NCBI GenBank assembly: GCA_012295275.1
Contig: CM022670.1
Coordinates: 40,734,001 to 40,798,000 of the forward strand
DNA length: 64,000 nt
Reading direction: 5' to 3'
From: Chrysomallon squamiferum
Lineage: Eukaryota; Animalia; Mollusca
Shown: piece by piece, positions 15,816 to 63,597 of the stretch
How positions within the stretch are numbered: position 1 is the stretch's first letter
Layout: every line of letters begins with the position of its first letter
Position numbers and translations under genes: made by a program
The notes under the pieces: model-generated
The model's database searches: none
What the model saw: the letters and a program-made list of their open reading frames with translations, nothing else
Told to the model about the DNA's origin: nothing

Positions 15816-17329
15816 GCACATATTTAATATATAGGCATAGATTTACATACAATAATCTCACGTACATATTGCCTACATTCTGCGCTTTTGAAAACTAAAC
15901 AAACATATTCTAGCACACGTTGTGTTTACCTGCATGCATGAATTAACGCATTCGCATTAATGGTCGTTTATTTCATTAAAAAGTAATATTACTGACGTTC
16001 TATAACATTTTTTTTTCTTCACATTTAGTAACAGTAATAATACACAAGAAATCTTCTTTGTAACTCGACGTCATACTTCGCCGACTTTCTACTTTGCATG
16101 CTGAATGCTGACAGAAAAGCGTAAAAAAAAACCCCATAAAATAAAATAAAGAGAATAATACAGAAAGTCGTAAAGAATTTGAATTCATCTCATGTCATGT
16201 TACGAGGCTTCCAGTGAAGATTTTAGGAATTAAAACTATAATGTAAAATGATCGAATCCCATAATCTGCGTGAATTCCAGATTGCAAATAATACGATCGT
16301 TACTCTTTGTGTTTTGCATACTGGAATGTACGAAATTAGCAGGAATCGCGTCTTGATAGGGCCAAGGAAGACAGAAGATTATATTCATCAGCCCTAGCAT
16401 GTTTTTGTTCACATTAGTATAAGATAGTCCAGGAGTCTGAATGCGTAAAGTTTATTTTGATTCGTTAAGTGATAGAAATTTATTAGTCAAGTAACCTTTT
16501 TTCTTTCTTTTTTTCAGAATGTAAACGCTATACAGTCATGTTTGTTTACTTCGAATTAATATTTTTTTCTTTAATTTTTAAATCTAAGGGGAAAGAAGGA
16601 CAACAAACTGTTTTTGAAGAGTATTTTTTTTTTCTTTTTTTAGTCATGCGGTACTGAGAGAGGATAAACACACAAGGATGCAGTATTATCTAAACGAGGA
16701 ATACAAAGCACACACCAAGCACTGAGTAAACACGTTGTATAAAGGTTCCCAGGTAAGCAAATTGCGTTTACCACAAACTGACCGCTTAGCATTTAAACGC
16801 ACGAGGAAAAGGGGCATACTTTTGTTACCGTCTGCGTTTTAAAACATGCAACATCACGTTCAGACTCGTTTTGAACAACACCATACGACATTCGAGTCGC
16901 GCGCACCCTGTTACCCGCTTGGCGCGGGAGGACGTTTATTTGTCGGAACAGCGGGATCTATTTTTAGACTTTTTTTTTTTTTCACTACAAACACATTTTA
17001 AATGTAGTCCTAGCTGAACGGGGCAATGAATACGGGTATATAAAGGAGTGAGTTAATTTTAGTGAAAAGAGTTACTAACTCTGACGTCTGTGAAAGCTAA
17101 CAGTGTGCGTAAGAACAGGAAAGATAATTAAAAAATGTTTTCAGCCTGTCACAGCTAAATTTATATAACACCATTTTTCACAAATGATTATACTCACATA
17201 AAAATAGAATAAAATATAGGAAAGAAAAACAACAAAAACAGCTAGTATTAATACTAATAAAAAAACATTAATTAATAAAACACACGATAAAAACAAAGAA
17301 GCAAACAACAAAAAAAGAACAAAGGAAAA

Positions 17330-17360
<31 letters not shown>

Positions 17361-17385
17361 CACCCCAAAGAACGATAAGAACAAA

Positions 17386-17516
<131 letters not shown>

Positions 17517-17803
17517 AATAGACTTCTTACAAGGATTATGTCATCAGTTATAATTTTCTTTTCTATAAATTCGTTGTAACTATTAGTTTCTTAAATACTG
17601 AGACTTTGATATCATTTTATGTAATGAATAATTTCCTATAAAACAATTTTTAGATTTTTCTGTTTGTTTTTATCCCTGATTCAAAGCAGGAACAAAAAAA
17701 CAACAACAACACCGTCATCACCATCAAGCAACGTTATACCGCACATAACAACAACTAAATACAAATATAGAAAGAGCTACAGCAGCAGCAACTACAATTA
17801 TAT

Positions 17804-17845
<42 letters not shown>

Positions 17846-18794
17846 CACTTTTACTACTACTTCTACTACTATTACTACAACTTCTACTACTACTAATAAT
17901 AATAATATTAACAACAACAATAACAACGGCAACAACAACAACATTAACATCATCATAATCAACAACTACAAAATACGGTGTATGGATGGCCAAACAAATG
18001 TTATTGTTTTAGTCTGCTAATTAACGCTTCATTTGTCTGTTACGTTAGCCAACCGTAACAGAATTATTATGTTTATTTAGACATGGACAGTTTAATTAAC
18101 TTAATTTATTTATGTTTATTTAAACTTCTCATTTGAAACAGCAAAAGTTTTTATTATAATTATGAAATTAGTTATAGAGAAAAGCAGTTTAAAACGCGAC
18201 ATTCACTTTTACATTCTGTTTATAAATTTACACTCACTTATCTATTTATAGTGTTCTAAATTAAACTTCCTTTATACTACGAAGATAATATTAGAAATGC
18301 GTGGGAAATAAAAATAAGAAGGAGAAGAAAATAAATAGAAAAGGAATAAGGAAAAATAAAATCCCCATGATTCATAAGAAAATAACGATAAACCTACGTC
18401 ACAGTCAAACATTTTATTGTGACGTAGACATCACTCCTTTCTATAAGGGAGAGAGGTACCTGTTTACGCTGCTAATGACATCAACACGCAATTGTCATAG
18501 TGACGTCCGAGACATCACTACGTAATACGAAGCTGTGATGTCAAAGAGAAATGGGTTCTGCCTGAACGCCGAATTTACTGAAGTATTGTGTACCAATTGT
18601 TATCGGTGAGTTAACTGTTTGAAATGAAAAACTCTTCAAACAGCAGGTGTGCTGTTTTTTGTAGGTGATCCAAGGATGGTGTCTTTTTTCAAAAGAACTG
18701 TCACCTTCAACGCAACCACGCAAAACTGTTCCGTTCCGTGGGAAGTGTTTACATAATCATAAACATAGGCAACGACCCTGTACGTATGTGTGTC

Positions 18795-18828
<34 letters not shown>

Positions 18829-19585
18829 CAACCAATCTGTGAGAAGAACTATAGAAGAACCTTTATGTATTTTCACTTATATGATTTGATAAATAAGTAT
18901 ATACGTACATATTTTGTGTATCTCTGAACATGTATGTGTGTATATGTATTTTAGATATATGTATGTATGTATGTATGTATGTTATGTATGTATATATGTA
19001 TGTATGTATCTTTATCTATGTATGTATGTATGTATGTATGTATGTATGTATCTGTATCTGTATCTGTATGTATGTATATATTTATATACATGTGTCTGTG
19101 TGTGTATATATGTGTAACTGTCTTTACTTTCATACATGCGATTCTGTCCTTGTGTTTTTGTTTTTATTAAAGTTTAGGAATGAATGTGTGGGCCAGGCAT
19201 GTTTACAGACGTGTTTAGAGAATTGTCGACGACATTTTGAGCCAGTAATAACAAATGAGTGACAGATGGACAAAAAGCAGTTTAAAAATAAATGTGTGAT
19301 TTGTAAAACACTCCCACGCGCCTTCCTGCGCAAAGTTTTCACTTCAACTTACATCTGAGCTCGGAGGTGACCAAACGTCGTGTTCGAGACTTTGCGAGGA
19401 ATTCCACCTCACCAGAAACATGAGTCAGAGACCGTGAAGTGTGTAAGAAAAATAAATAAATAGATTTAAAAGAAAAAAAAAGAGTTAAATAAAAATTCAT
19501 CTACTCCCTTCAACACATTGCAGAATATAAGAAACCACCATAAAAACGTAAACAAAACACACACACACTAAAAATAAATAAATAA

Positions 19586-19636
<51 letters not shown>

Positions 19637-19823
19637 ATAGAAAAAAGATAAATAAAAGAATTAGCAACAGTGAAAAAAACCTAGAATATAATAATCTCCA
19701 AGATAATGTTTTTCTTCTCGTTTTTAATACAGGAAATATTTACACATGTGTTTGTGATAAAGAAAATAGCTATGAATAACATATTAAAAAAATCTGTGAA
19801 CAGAATTAGGCTTTTGGATATCT

Positions 19824-19836
19824 GTATGTATGTATG

Positions 19837-19868
<32 letters not shown>

Positions 19869-19932
19869 TGTATGTATGTATGTATGTATGTATGTATGTA
19901 TGTATGTATGTATGTATGTATGTATGTATGTA
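19824..19932. repeat. (TATG)n microsatellite
   Basis: Read directly from the sequence. Confidence 0.97.
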
Positions 19933-20401
19933 TAACAGAGCCTTGGTACGTCATTTGTAGCTGAACATAATCCAGTCTTGGTACACAAGTTATAAGTAAA
20001 AACACCTTACAGGTGCAAACACCTTCTAGGTGCAAGGTGTGTCTTTGTACACAGATGACTTACAGGTAAATTATCCAGCTGCTAGGCATCTTGGTGTGTG
20101 ACGTACACAGGTAAACACTGTGTAGGTTCAGAACGTCTTGTTGTGACTGTGAATGTAGTAACAGAGTCTAAATACTGTTTTAATTACTGCTTCGTAGGGT
20201 TAACTAACACTCAAAGGGAAGTTACCAGTGTCCGTCCTCTGTTTCCGCAAGGACAGTGGTCAGGGCTGGACTCTAAGTGACCACAAGAAGTTAATGTTAT
20301 GTTTAGCACATGTACAGTCGCGTGCAGTTCACGCGCATTTTTACATGATGAATATTCAGGAAAGATGATGATTTGAGAAATTTTATTGCGGGGCTATTGT
20401 A

Positions 20402-20432
<31 letters not shown>

Positions 20433-21389
20433 CATTTAATGCAATAATAATGATAATGATGATGATGATGATAATAATAATAATAATAATAATAATATAA
20501 TAAACTACCATAAAAAAAATAAAAAAAAATAAAACAATACAATTAATTATTTATCTATTTATTTTTTTGTTTTGTTTAACAATGAGATAACAACAAAATA
20601 ATTGCAACATTACACTTACAGACCGAAGAAACGAATTATTCAAGAATCTGACAGAGAATATATATTTTTTTAATAATTTGCAGATGTTTTTACTTCTACA
20701 GTTTTACATTTTAAACATTCTTTTCTAATTTTTAGATTTTGTACAGAAACATTAGAATCTTTTATTATTATTATTGTTATTATTATTATTATTATTATTT
20801 AAAACAACAGCAACAACAACAGCAAAGATAAAAATGTTCAAATAACAAAGACGACATCAGCGACAACAACAACGATTTGTAGAACGATCAATGTAAACGT
20901 CTGACATGTTAAAATGTTTGAATTATTACAAACCCTAGCGAAGTTATCTACAGAGCATTATTTCAAATTTATTACATTATTATTCATGCACGATCTCTAT
21001 CCTAGGGCGAGTTTGTTGTGTATAAATACAGATAGACAGATATGTATTTCAGTACGAGTATTTTGTGGATTTAATTCTCTTATTTTATGTGGGATTGTGT
21101 TTATCAGTTAAAGTACGGATGCACTTAATCTTACTTCTGTACTTCAAACAGTAACAGCTACTGGATCATCTTTGATAAATATTTAGCGACAAAAACATCA
21201 ACAACGACAACAGTGGTAAATGCAGTAGTTTTAGTAATAACAGTAGTACATTTATTGTTGTTAATGTTAATATTATTATTAGTAGAAGTTGTAGTAGCAG
21301 CAGTAGTAGTCGTAGTATTGTTATTCTAGGAATTATTTAATTCTGGTAACTGATGTGGTAAAGATCTTAATAATATCAAATGTAGAAGC

Positions 21390-21464
<75 letters not shown>

Positions 21465-21926
21465 AAGAAGAATTCATATACTACTAATAATAGTTACAAC
21501 AACAATAACAGCAACAAGAATAATAATTTAAAAAAAAAAAAAAAAAAAAAATTGATTTAACATAGAATGGAAACCCATCAGAAACGTTACCAAATTAAAA
21601 CACACAGTCTTCAATTCTTCCACCTCTAACTCCCACCCACCACAAAATGACCCACCACTCCCCATCAATTCTCCCGTCCCTTTCACCCACCACGCTCAAC
21701 ACGTGATACAGAAATATCTCCAGCCACTGCGGAAATGTACAGATTCTGAAAACTAATTGAAACACAGATGTGCGAAGTACTCGAGTACAGTGCGCACAGA
21801 GAGAGACAGACGACACAACTCTTGAGTGAGTGTGTGTGTGTGTGTGTGGTATGGCGGGTTGTAAACACACATACACACCTGTGATTACTTATTTCTGTCA
21901 ACTTGTGTGTGGTCCTATCGCATCAT

Positions 21927-21957
<31 letters not shown>

Positions 21958-22293
21958 CAAATCTTTGAAAAGAAAGAAATGAAAGAGCCGATATAATAAT
22001 AATAAAAAAATAAAATTAAAAAGAAAGATTTTTACAATTACGTCGATTGTTTCATTGTTACAGGTGAAGGTGAGAAGAACTGAGTTTGACATCAAAGGAG
22101 GTCAGTTAGAACAAAGCACTGAATACCTTTTATGGTTTGACCTACGTGTACATTACCTGTCAGGTATACTGGAGGTCAAGTAGAACTGAGCATTAAACAA
22201 TTTAAATTAAAGTGCACTGTCTTCAGTATATACATACAAAGATACAGACACACACATATATATATATAAAATAATAATAATAATAAAAAATAA

Positions 22294-22330
<37 letters not shown>

Positions 22331-22866
22331 CATGAGAGAACACTGTTGACAACCTAGAAAATAGTAATACTGAACACCTTTAATTAACACCTTTAGGCAA
22401 CACCTATCCAACTATGCAGTAAATCAGTTTTACACTTTTTATAGAATGTTCTCTATGTGTGTGTCATTATTTAGAAATACCAGAGCTGGTATTGTAGATC
22501 ACAATAAACCTTCAGTAAATGATTCGACTTGCCTATGTAAATGTAATACTGTTACAGGTAAAACAGGAGATGATAACGTACACAGTTCATTAGTAATTTA
22601 TCTGTTTAGATGTGACTGGATGTAGGTTTACGCTTGCAGGCGATAGCTAAATGATGTCAGGGTAGGTAATCGATGCAGTTTAATTTAATGACGTTAGTAA
22701 CTGGGTTTGTTTTATAAAACAGTAACAGAAACTATTATGCTAAATATAATGATGACTTTTACTGGAAATAACATAATGAAGACGATAAATAATAATGATG
22801 ATGATGATGATGATGATCTTGTTATGGTGGCTGAGGTAATATAAAACTGTTCATACAAACGTAATA

Positions 22867-22940
<74 letters not shown>

Positions 22941-25465
22941 AAGACAAGCACACAAAAACCGCAAACATACACGAACACATACATGTACACATACACACAT
23001 ACACACACATACAACAACCACATAACGAGAGAAAGCACTGACGAATGATCATTAATCACAACCACTGCTTTGATTAACATCTTTAAAGGAAAGTCTAACC
23101 GATTTCTTTTTTAATTTTTTTTTCTACTTTCATTAATTATCGCTGTGTTATCGAATGCGTATTTCAGCACAACTCCAGCCACCCATACATCTTTTTTTTT
23201 TATTATTACACTGACCTAAAAATGAGTGCAGTAAACCCGAATTTTATTTCTTTTATTTTTTTTTTTTATTAAGTTTCCTTAATTTTGCTTAGTCTCCAAC
23301 TGAGCGGAGTATTTTTGGCCAGTTTTGGTTAAATATCTCCAGCTATTATTTATGATGTATTAAACAAAACTGTAATTTTCTTTCTGTTTAAGACACACAG
23401 TTTGTACAGTGTTGTTTTTAGATTTTATTTTCGACGGACGCTCCTTGAATATTCGTGTTTGAGAAGATTCGTGCTGTGAAAGACGTTGAATAATGTTACG
23501 TGTTTCATTCAGTGAAATGCGACAGTAAAATTACTGATTGAAATGATGACTTAAAATGAAATAAAATAAACAAGATGATGATGATGATGATAATAATAAT
23601 AATAATAATAATGATGATAATAATAATAATAATAAAAATAATAATAACAAAATCGAAGAAAAAATGAAAAATAAATATTACAAAGAAATCATGTATGCTG
23701 TTTAAAATATACGTCATTAATTCTGATGTAGTTGCGTGATTTACGTAAGAAAAATAACAAAAATAAAAAAAAAAATAAAAAAAAAAAAAAAATAAAATAA
23801 AAATATAAAAAAGTAAAAATACGTCACTGAATTTCAAACGCGCATTATGTGAACGCGACAGCGCTGTTTCACGAAACGTTCTTTTCGTTACTCAAGCAGA
23901 CATTTTGTTCTCGTTTTCTAAAGCGCTTTGCATCACTGTCTCTTGTTTACAACCTCATTCTGGGTCACATCGTGACAGCGGTGCTGATGTTGACGGAGTC
24001 ACGTGACTCGCTCACCTGTGTTGGCCAGGTACGTTTCGCTACGTCACTCGGTCGTCACGCTTGGCTGGCTGGTGTTTTCACTTTGTTGTTGTGAGATGTG
24101 TTTTTTTTTTTTCTCTCATGACTTCCGTGACGAACTTCGCATTTGCGTTTACAGGGAAATAATATTTGTTTGAAAAAGTAAGAATAACAGTCACAATAAA
24201 AAAAAAAAAAAAAAAAAAAATTCATCCTCAATAAAAGATAAAACAGGTTTTGGAGAAACTGATTCAAATTCAACTTTTTAAAATCATCATCATTGTTATC
24301 ATGATAATGATCATCTTCATCATCATCATCAGAAGCAGCAGCAGCAACACTGATCATTTCCCCCTCACCAACTTAGTCTCCTTAAAATATCAGTATTACA
24401 TTTTCATTCACATCATCGTTTACTCTGTACTCATCATTATCATCCTAATCATCACTGTAATCATCGCCATCATCATCAAGGTGTGGTCAACTTGAGAATA
24501 GAAAACAAATTATATATAAAGTAAATAACACTCGGCACTCTGTAAGACAAAGCGACGTGAACAGGAATCAAGTCAGTGAGACATTTCCTTATTAGGTAAT
24601 CACAGTCTGGAAGAACTGCCAAAGACTGGCTCTTTGTCAGAGTCGCTTTTGTTTGTCATGTATGAACTGAATATGAATTTGTTTCAGTATTTAAAATAGT
24701 TTCTGTTGTATAAATATGCATGCGTGCCTTCTACTCTGTTTTCATCATTTCACATAAATCAGAAAATGAAATAAAAATAAAACAGTGAGTGAATCTCTTA
24801 AACATACATATACACGTACACACATGTAAACATACACGTAGACATATACATACACATATACACACATACACGTACACATATACATACACATATACATCCA
24901 CATACACGTACACGTACACGTACACGCAAACACACACGTACACATATACGTACACACACTAAATGTACACATGCATGTATACAGATATGTAAATTAATAA
25001 TTGTATGAATGAATGAATGAATACAAATGATCCTAGCTTTATTATTATAATTAGCACACAAACACACACACGCACACTGAACCAAACGCAACAGAATTTG
25101 ACAACATTGATATTAATCCTGATGTATGCATAATATAAGCCTACACATTTGGTTTATACCTGCTAAAAATCATCAGTTAAAAAGTCATTTGAATATCACA
25201 GATAACGGAAGAGTTATGTATTTTACTCTGATTTCCGCATACGTTGAACAGAAAGATACATAAATAAATGATGATATAAAAAATCACTAATCTATTATTG
25301 TAATGACATGTAAATATTATCTTGGCGACACATTTTACGTATATGTATTTACACACAAACTTAACCTCTCTTTTACATTAGTTTGTGTGACATATATATC
25401 ACATCCATCAACACACTCGTAACAAATAGGGTAACGACGCATTTTACGTCGAACGCGGGAGAAAA

Positions 25466-25467
<2 letters not shown>

Positions 25468-25552
<85 letters not shown>
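25468..25552. repeat. (GA)n microsatellite
   Basis: Read directly from the sequence. Confidence 0.97.
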
Positions 25553-25553
<1 letters not shown>

Positions 25554-26334
25554 TGTGTGTGAATGTGTAAATAATTATAAGTGAAATGAGAAACAATAAT
25601 ATATTAGATAGCCTCAACACACACACAACACACACACACACACTCACACATACACACTCAAACACACTCAAACACACACACACACACACACACACACAAA
25701 ACACACATACACAACACACGCACGTATGAAAATTAGAAAGAATATGTCAGGATATTAAAAATTATAAAATAATGAACAAAATATAAATATTAATATAGTT
25801 ATGTGAACAGTTGAACACTTTTATTTATATAGTGACACGTGTTTAGTCGTAACGCTTTTGAAAATGTTATAATAGCGTTATAAATACAGTTGTTTAATAT
25901 GCTTGTTTCCTTTTATCAACTCATAAAATGTGTTTTTAAAAAAGTAACGACCGTATTACAGATGTTCATTAAACACTTGGCTGATTACAGTAAAACTGTC
26001 AGTATTTTCCTGTTATTGTTTAAAACGTTATTTCTTGTATTTTGTTCGCTAGTTCTAAATTAAACTTAACATTCATTAATCTACTAAATCTCAGACTGCT
26101 TGGCTTCTGGTTTGCCTGCAGGGAAGGTTGTTAGTTCACTACTTCGTAACGAAATTTGTAATAAACAAATTAATTAATTAAACGTGAGTGTATATGTATA
26201 TGTGTAAATATGTTTGTATGTATATAGATAAATATTGAAGGAACGGGTGAATCTATAATAAAACAACAACAACAACAACAGCAGCATCAACAAACCCCCT
26301 CATAAAATAACAACAGCAAAATATCTGCTTTAAT

Positions 26335-26415
<81 letters not shown>

Positions 26416-27478
26416 TACATACACAATCACTACACAAACAAACACATGTATCTACATTACAGATTATTTTTATTTTCTTTTTAAAGAGACGCTGAAAGGG
26501 AAGTAACCGGCGTGGTATGTTCTGTGATAAATCAAGTTCTCTGGAAGACGTAAAGGTCGCGTTTCGCGTTTAACTCGGTCACTGCTGACTCAGTCTTATA
26601 CATACATTTCGCATGTCTTGTGTTAAGTTTCCATGCCACTAATTAGTATTAGTAGTAATAATACAAGAACAAAAATAAAAATAGAAAACATAAAAAAGTC
26701 GATATAAAAATATAATATAATATAATATAATATAATATAATATAATATAATATAATATATGAGTATGAGGATCCTTTGTCCGAAATTCCGAAAATTTCAT
26801 TGCAGTAGAAATAATGAAATATATACAGGTTTCATACTGTTTTACGTACACAAACTTTATTTTATGCATCAAGTTATTTAAAATATAATATAATATAGTG
26901 TAATATAGTATAGTATAATATAGTATAGTACAGTACAATACAGAACAGTACAGTTTAGTATAATATATATACATATACTATAACATAGCATATTATAATG
27001 TAACATAATGTAATATAATAAATAAATAAATAAATAAAATTCGTATTAGCATTATTAAACTCAGTCGCTTCCTCATTTTTCGTTTTTTTTCTTCTTCTTC
27101 TTCTTATATATATATATATATATATATATATTACATTATTTTTGCTATTTAAAGTACACGTGTTCAGTGACATCACACCACGTGATTTTGCGTCACGTCA
27201 CGTCTAGTTAGATCATAATTGAGCGAGTTACAGTCATGTAATGTTATACTCACAATTCTGAGTCAGCTACGTGACTCACAGACAAAAGTTAAACATGAGG
27301 AAATAACTCACAGTTTATTTGTGATACAACAGACGACTTTTCAGCATCAACATCATCACCGTCATCCTGTCTTCGTCGTCGTCGTCGTAATTATCATCAT
27401 AGTCAACATCATCATCATCGCATCGTGTTACTGTTTTCTCGATCTGTCTACCTGTTATTTCCTGACCAACGTTCCATT

Positions 27479-27706
27479 TACTACTACTACTACTACTACA
27501 ACTACTACTACTACAACAACAACAACAACAACAACAACTACTACTACTACTACTACTACTACTACTGCTACTACTACTATTACTACTACAACAACAACAA
27601 CTACTACTACTACTACCACTACTACTACTACTGCTAGTGGAAACTGTAGTAGTAGTAGTAATAGTAATAACAATAATAATAATGATGATGATGATGATGG
27701 TGATGG
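27479..27706. repeat. Compound (CTA)n/(CAA)n/(GAT)n trinucleotide repeat
   Basis: Read directly from the sequence. Confidence 0.95.
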
Positions 27707-28210
27707 AAATTATTGACTTATATAAATATATAAAATCTATTCCAGTAACAAAAAATCCATAAGAAAATACTATCATTATTATCAGTCATAATTTATGTTC
27801 TGTTTTGCCAGCGCTATGTTTAATTTAGATCATCAACTTAGAAACGACAGTAATATACAGTAGTCTTGTATATATACTTATCTGTTTATTTCTCAACAGC
27901 GCTCAATGCCAAATACCGAGCAAATGTCAGTTTTAATGTCAATGGGTTCCAGCACTGAGCCATTCAGACTGGAAATATTATCTATGAATTAGTCATACTT
28001 GCCTACAAGAAGAATGAGAGCTATTTCCTTGTCTTCTAAACATGTCATTCGTTACTCTAAAAGTAGCCTCTGAGTGTGAGAACAGCAGTCCTCCCTAGAT
28101 GAGTAATTCTTAGTAACAAGAAGTAAATTAACGTACGTTAGATCATGCTGGCGTTTTGAGTTAAAGGTATTCTGTTTCTCTTGGGTTTTAAGAATAATTT
28201 GTATATGCGT

Positions 28211-28263
<53 letters not shown>

Positions 28264-28288
28264 ATTATTTATTTATTGTTTTATTTTT

Positions 28289-28339
<51 letters not shown>

Positions 28340-29589
28340 TTGATTTGTTTATTGTTTGTTTGTTTGTTTGTTAATTTTTTTTTATTTGTTAATTTGTTTG
28401 CATTTTATTGTCTTAAAAACACATAATTATATAAATAAAATATATAAAACAGCGAGGTAGAGCCAATATAGCTATTTGCTAAACTACGTTCTTTTACGTT
28501 TATATGAATTTACATAAAACAATATAAATAAAATTGCTTATAGTGTTTCAACTGCAACACCATTACTGCTGCTACTACATCTTCTACTTCTAGTGCTTCT
28601 GTTGCTTCTGTTACCACTACAACTACAACAACATACTGCTACTACAGTTACTCTTGATACTGCTTCTTCTTAAACACTACCACCAACAACGACTGCGCTG
28701 TTGCTGCTACAACTACTACCACCTTATTACAGCAACAGCTACTACTATCACTGTTACCAATATTTCTACAACAATAACAACAACAACACCCACATCAACA
28801 ACTACTACTACTACTACAAAAAACAAAAACAACAACAACTACTACTACTACAAAAAACAAAAACAACAACAACTACTACTACTACTACAATTACTATTAC
28901 TACTACTACTACTACAAAACAAGAACAAGAACAACTACTACCTCTACTACAGGTATTACTATTGCCATGATATTCTTGTTGCTGCTAATACTACTAAAAG
29001 AACGTCTGCTGAATAATTAATTTGCCTTTATGAACCGATACGTTTGTGAACATGGATCTGATTAATGTGAATGTTGATACATGTTATGATATATGTTGTG
29101 AGACAGGAAACTCCATTAGCAACAACATTGATTATTAATGAATTAATTTATCGATAACTTACAGGTTATCTGCAGTTAAGAGAATGAAACTAGATAAAGT
29201 ACCAAGATCTTATTTGTCAAATAGCATAATAAAGTGATAAAATAAGTAAAACTATTCGAAGCTAATAATATAAATAATAACAAATAAATGAAATAAATAA
29301 ATAAATAAATAGATAAATAAATAAATAAATAGATTGATAAATAAATAGGTTGATAAATAAATAGATAAATAAATAAATACACAGATAAATAAATAAATCA
29401 ATAAAAAAAAAAAAAAATCTAACGAACGAAAGAACAAACAAACTAAATAACTAAATAAATTAAAAATTAATAAAAATAACTATAATAAACTAACGACAAG
29501 AAAATATCTGTGTCAGTGTTTTACATAAGCTCAAAAAGGAAACAAGGAACAATTTTTTAAATTTTAAATTTATTTTTTATTTAGAGACC

Positions 29590-29790
29590 AATAGGCTACT
29601 CTTTTTCGGTTATAGGTAAAGGATTTTTTTAATAGATATAATTCTAAAATCAGGAAAACCTTTGAAAACCTGTCTTGGGTTATAGTTTGGAATGGGAAAA
29701 CAGACAAGTGGGCGCAGTAAGAGGATTGATCTTAAGACCTATCACACTTCATTCCTGTCCTCTGATCTGTGAGGCACAGCGCGCATTTGA
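29590..29790. mobile_element. Possible degraded SINE-like repeat fragment
   Basis: GGCTACTCTTTT..GGATTTTTT..CCTTTG..TGGAATGGGAAAA..TGGGCGCA..GGATTGATC resembles, from memory only, an abundant gastropod interspersed repeat. Not verified by any search. Confidence 0.25.
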
Positions 29791-31019
29791 ATAAAGATAT
29801 AACTTATAATGAACTCTTTTACTGCAGATAAAACTGGTTTTATTAAATATTGTAATTAACGGATGAAAGAAAATACAAATTACAGACTCACCATTTTAAT
29901 TCCATAACAAGAGAAAATTCTGGTTGATGCTTCATTATTCGAAAGGTTTGGGACAGGAAAGGTTAGGGATTTTAGAATAAAATAGATAGCCTGAAAAAAG
30001 AATCTTTGTCTAAACATATATATTTTACACAAAGATTATTCTAACAGGTTACAGATATATTTATAATATGCATGATATAATGTTGGGTACACTAAACTTC
30101 AGAATGTACCGTCTACGAAAACGTTTAGGATTTTGTAGATTTTCGGATAAGGGATCCTTAATCTGAAACAGAGATCTGCAGATATTCAGTGATCTGGGTA
30201 AAATCAGTTGATATTTAAGATAATAACATATAAAAGTATATTAAAAGATCAACAGGATTTTGATTTGATTAAAATTACCATATCTTCATCCTTTAATGGG
30301 TACCATCTTGATTTCTTTGTGTTTTATTTGGAAAAATATGGCTGCATTAGGCCATATTGGATTTAGCCTCCTAACCAAATAGCTCAAAGATGAGAAGAGG
30401 TCACCCGGCAGTTTCAGTATCTGTTTGTTCTAAACATCAGTTATCAACACACACACAAACATTTTGACGCCAAAACAAGGTTAAACACAAATATGACATT
30501 AGGCTGCTGGACTAATATGAGTTCTTGTCAAATTTTATAAATGTGGAAAAATAAAAGCTAACAGTTTTCTACGAACTCCACTTTTTAAATTTTCTCCAGA
30601 CGATTTCAGTCCTAGTTGTCTCTACTTTATTAAATATTTGGTGGATAAATAAAAAATTCTTGCATAGAAACAAAGTTTATCTGTGAATAAGATAGCTTTA
30701 TAAATGATAAACTAGAATTATCTGAAATAGAAATATAAATAATTATTTCTAGATGATCTGAGATACGTCAGTCTCATTTCATTATCGTCGGCAATCTAAA
30801 CTTTATTTTTACCTTTATCTGATGTATCAGTTGATACAACTAAAAAAAGCCACTAATTCCCTTTTTGGTTGTTTTCTTAATTATGATTAATTATCGTTAT
30901 TGTTAACTACCCACTTTTTAGACTGTTTATTTTGCATTATTAAATTTTTGTTTTTAATTATTCCCGTAATTTAAAAAAAAAAAAAAAAAAAATAAAAGAA
31001 GTAAAGTCAAACTGTTATT

Positions 31020-31514
31020 CTGATTAACAGGGTCAACACTTTATTCCGCTGCGGTTTGACGGTTTGGTTTTAATTAAATAAATAATTAATTCTACTTTAA
31101 TTTCCCCGGGGACAGTTTTCCGGGTACTGTGAACTGAGGACACGCCAGCACGTAATCAGCCGGGTACCGCAGATCGATACCCGCTTCACGGTTATCGGCC
31201 GCTTTTCTCGTTTTAAACTTTCTCGGTCTCAAACTTTACGTCCGGCGAGTAAGTGAGTCAACACGTATTCAGCTGATTAATAAAACATGCAATCATTATT
31301 CTGCGTCTTCGACAAGCTATTAATTACAGTTTGACGTGAATAATTAACCGCTCACAAAACAACAGCCATTTCGGTAAGTTTAAGATCATTCGAGACGTTT
31401 TTCTTCGTCTTTGACCAACTGCTGGCTGACTCGTCTGCGAAACAGACGATGCCACGTGATCGGTATGGGTCTCGCACCATACTTTTTCACGCAGCGTCGG
31501 GCGAAACACGGAAA
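31020..31514 (+). promoter_or_regulatory. CpG-enriched putative promoter/5' UTR region with a probable UTR intron
   Basis: GC/CpG content rises locally just upstream of the ATG. GTAAGT donors lie at 31249 and 31374, and acceptor ctttttcacgcag ends at 31494. Confidence 0.4.
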
Positions 31515-63597
<32,083 letters not shown>

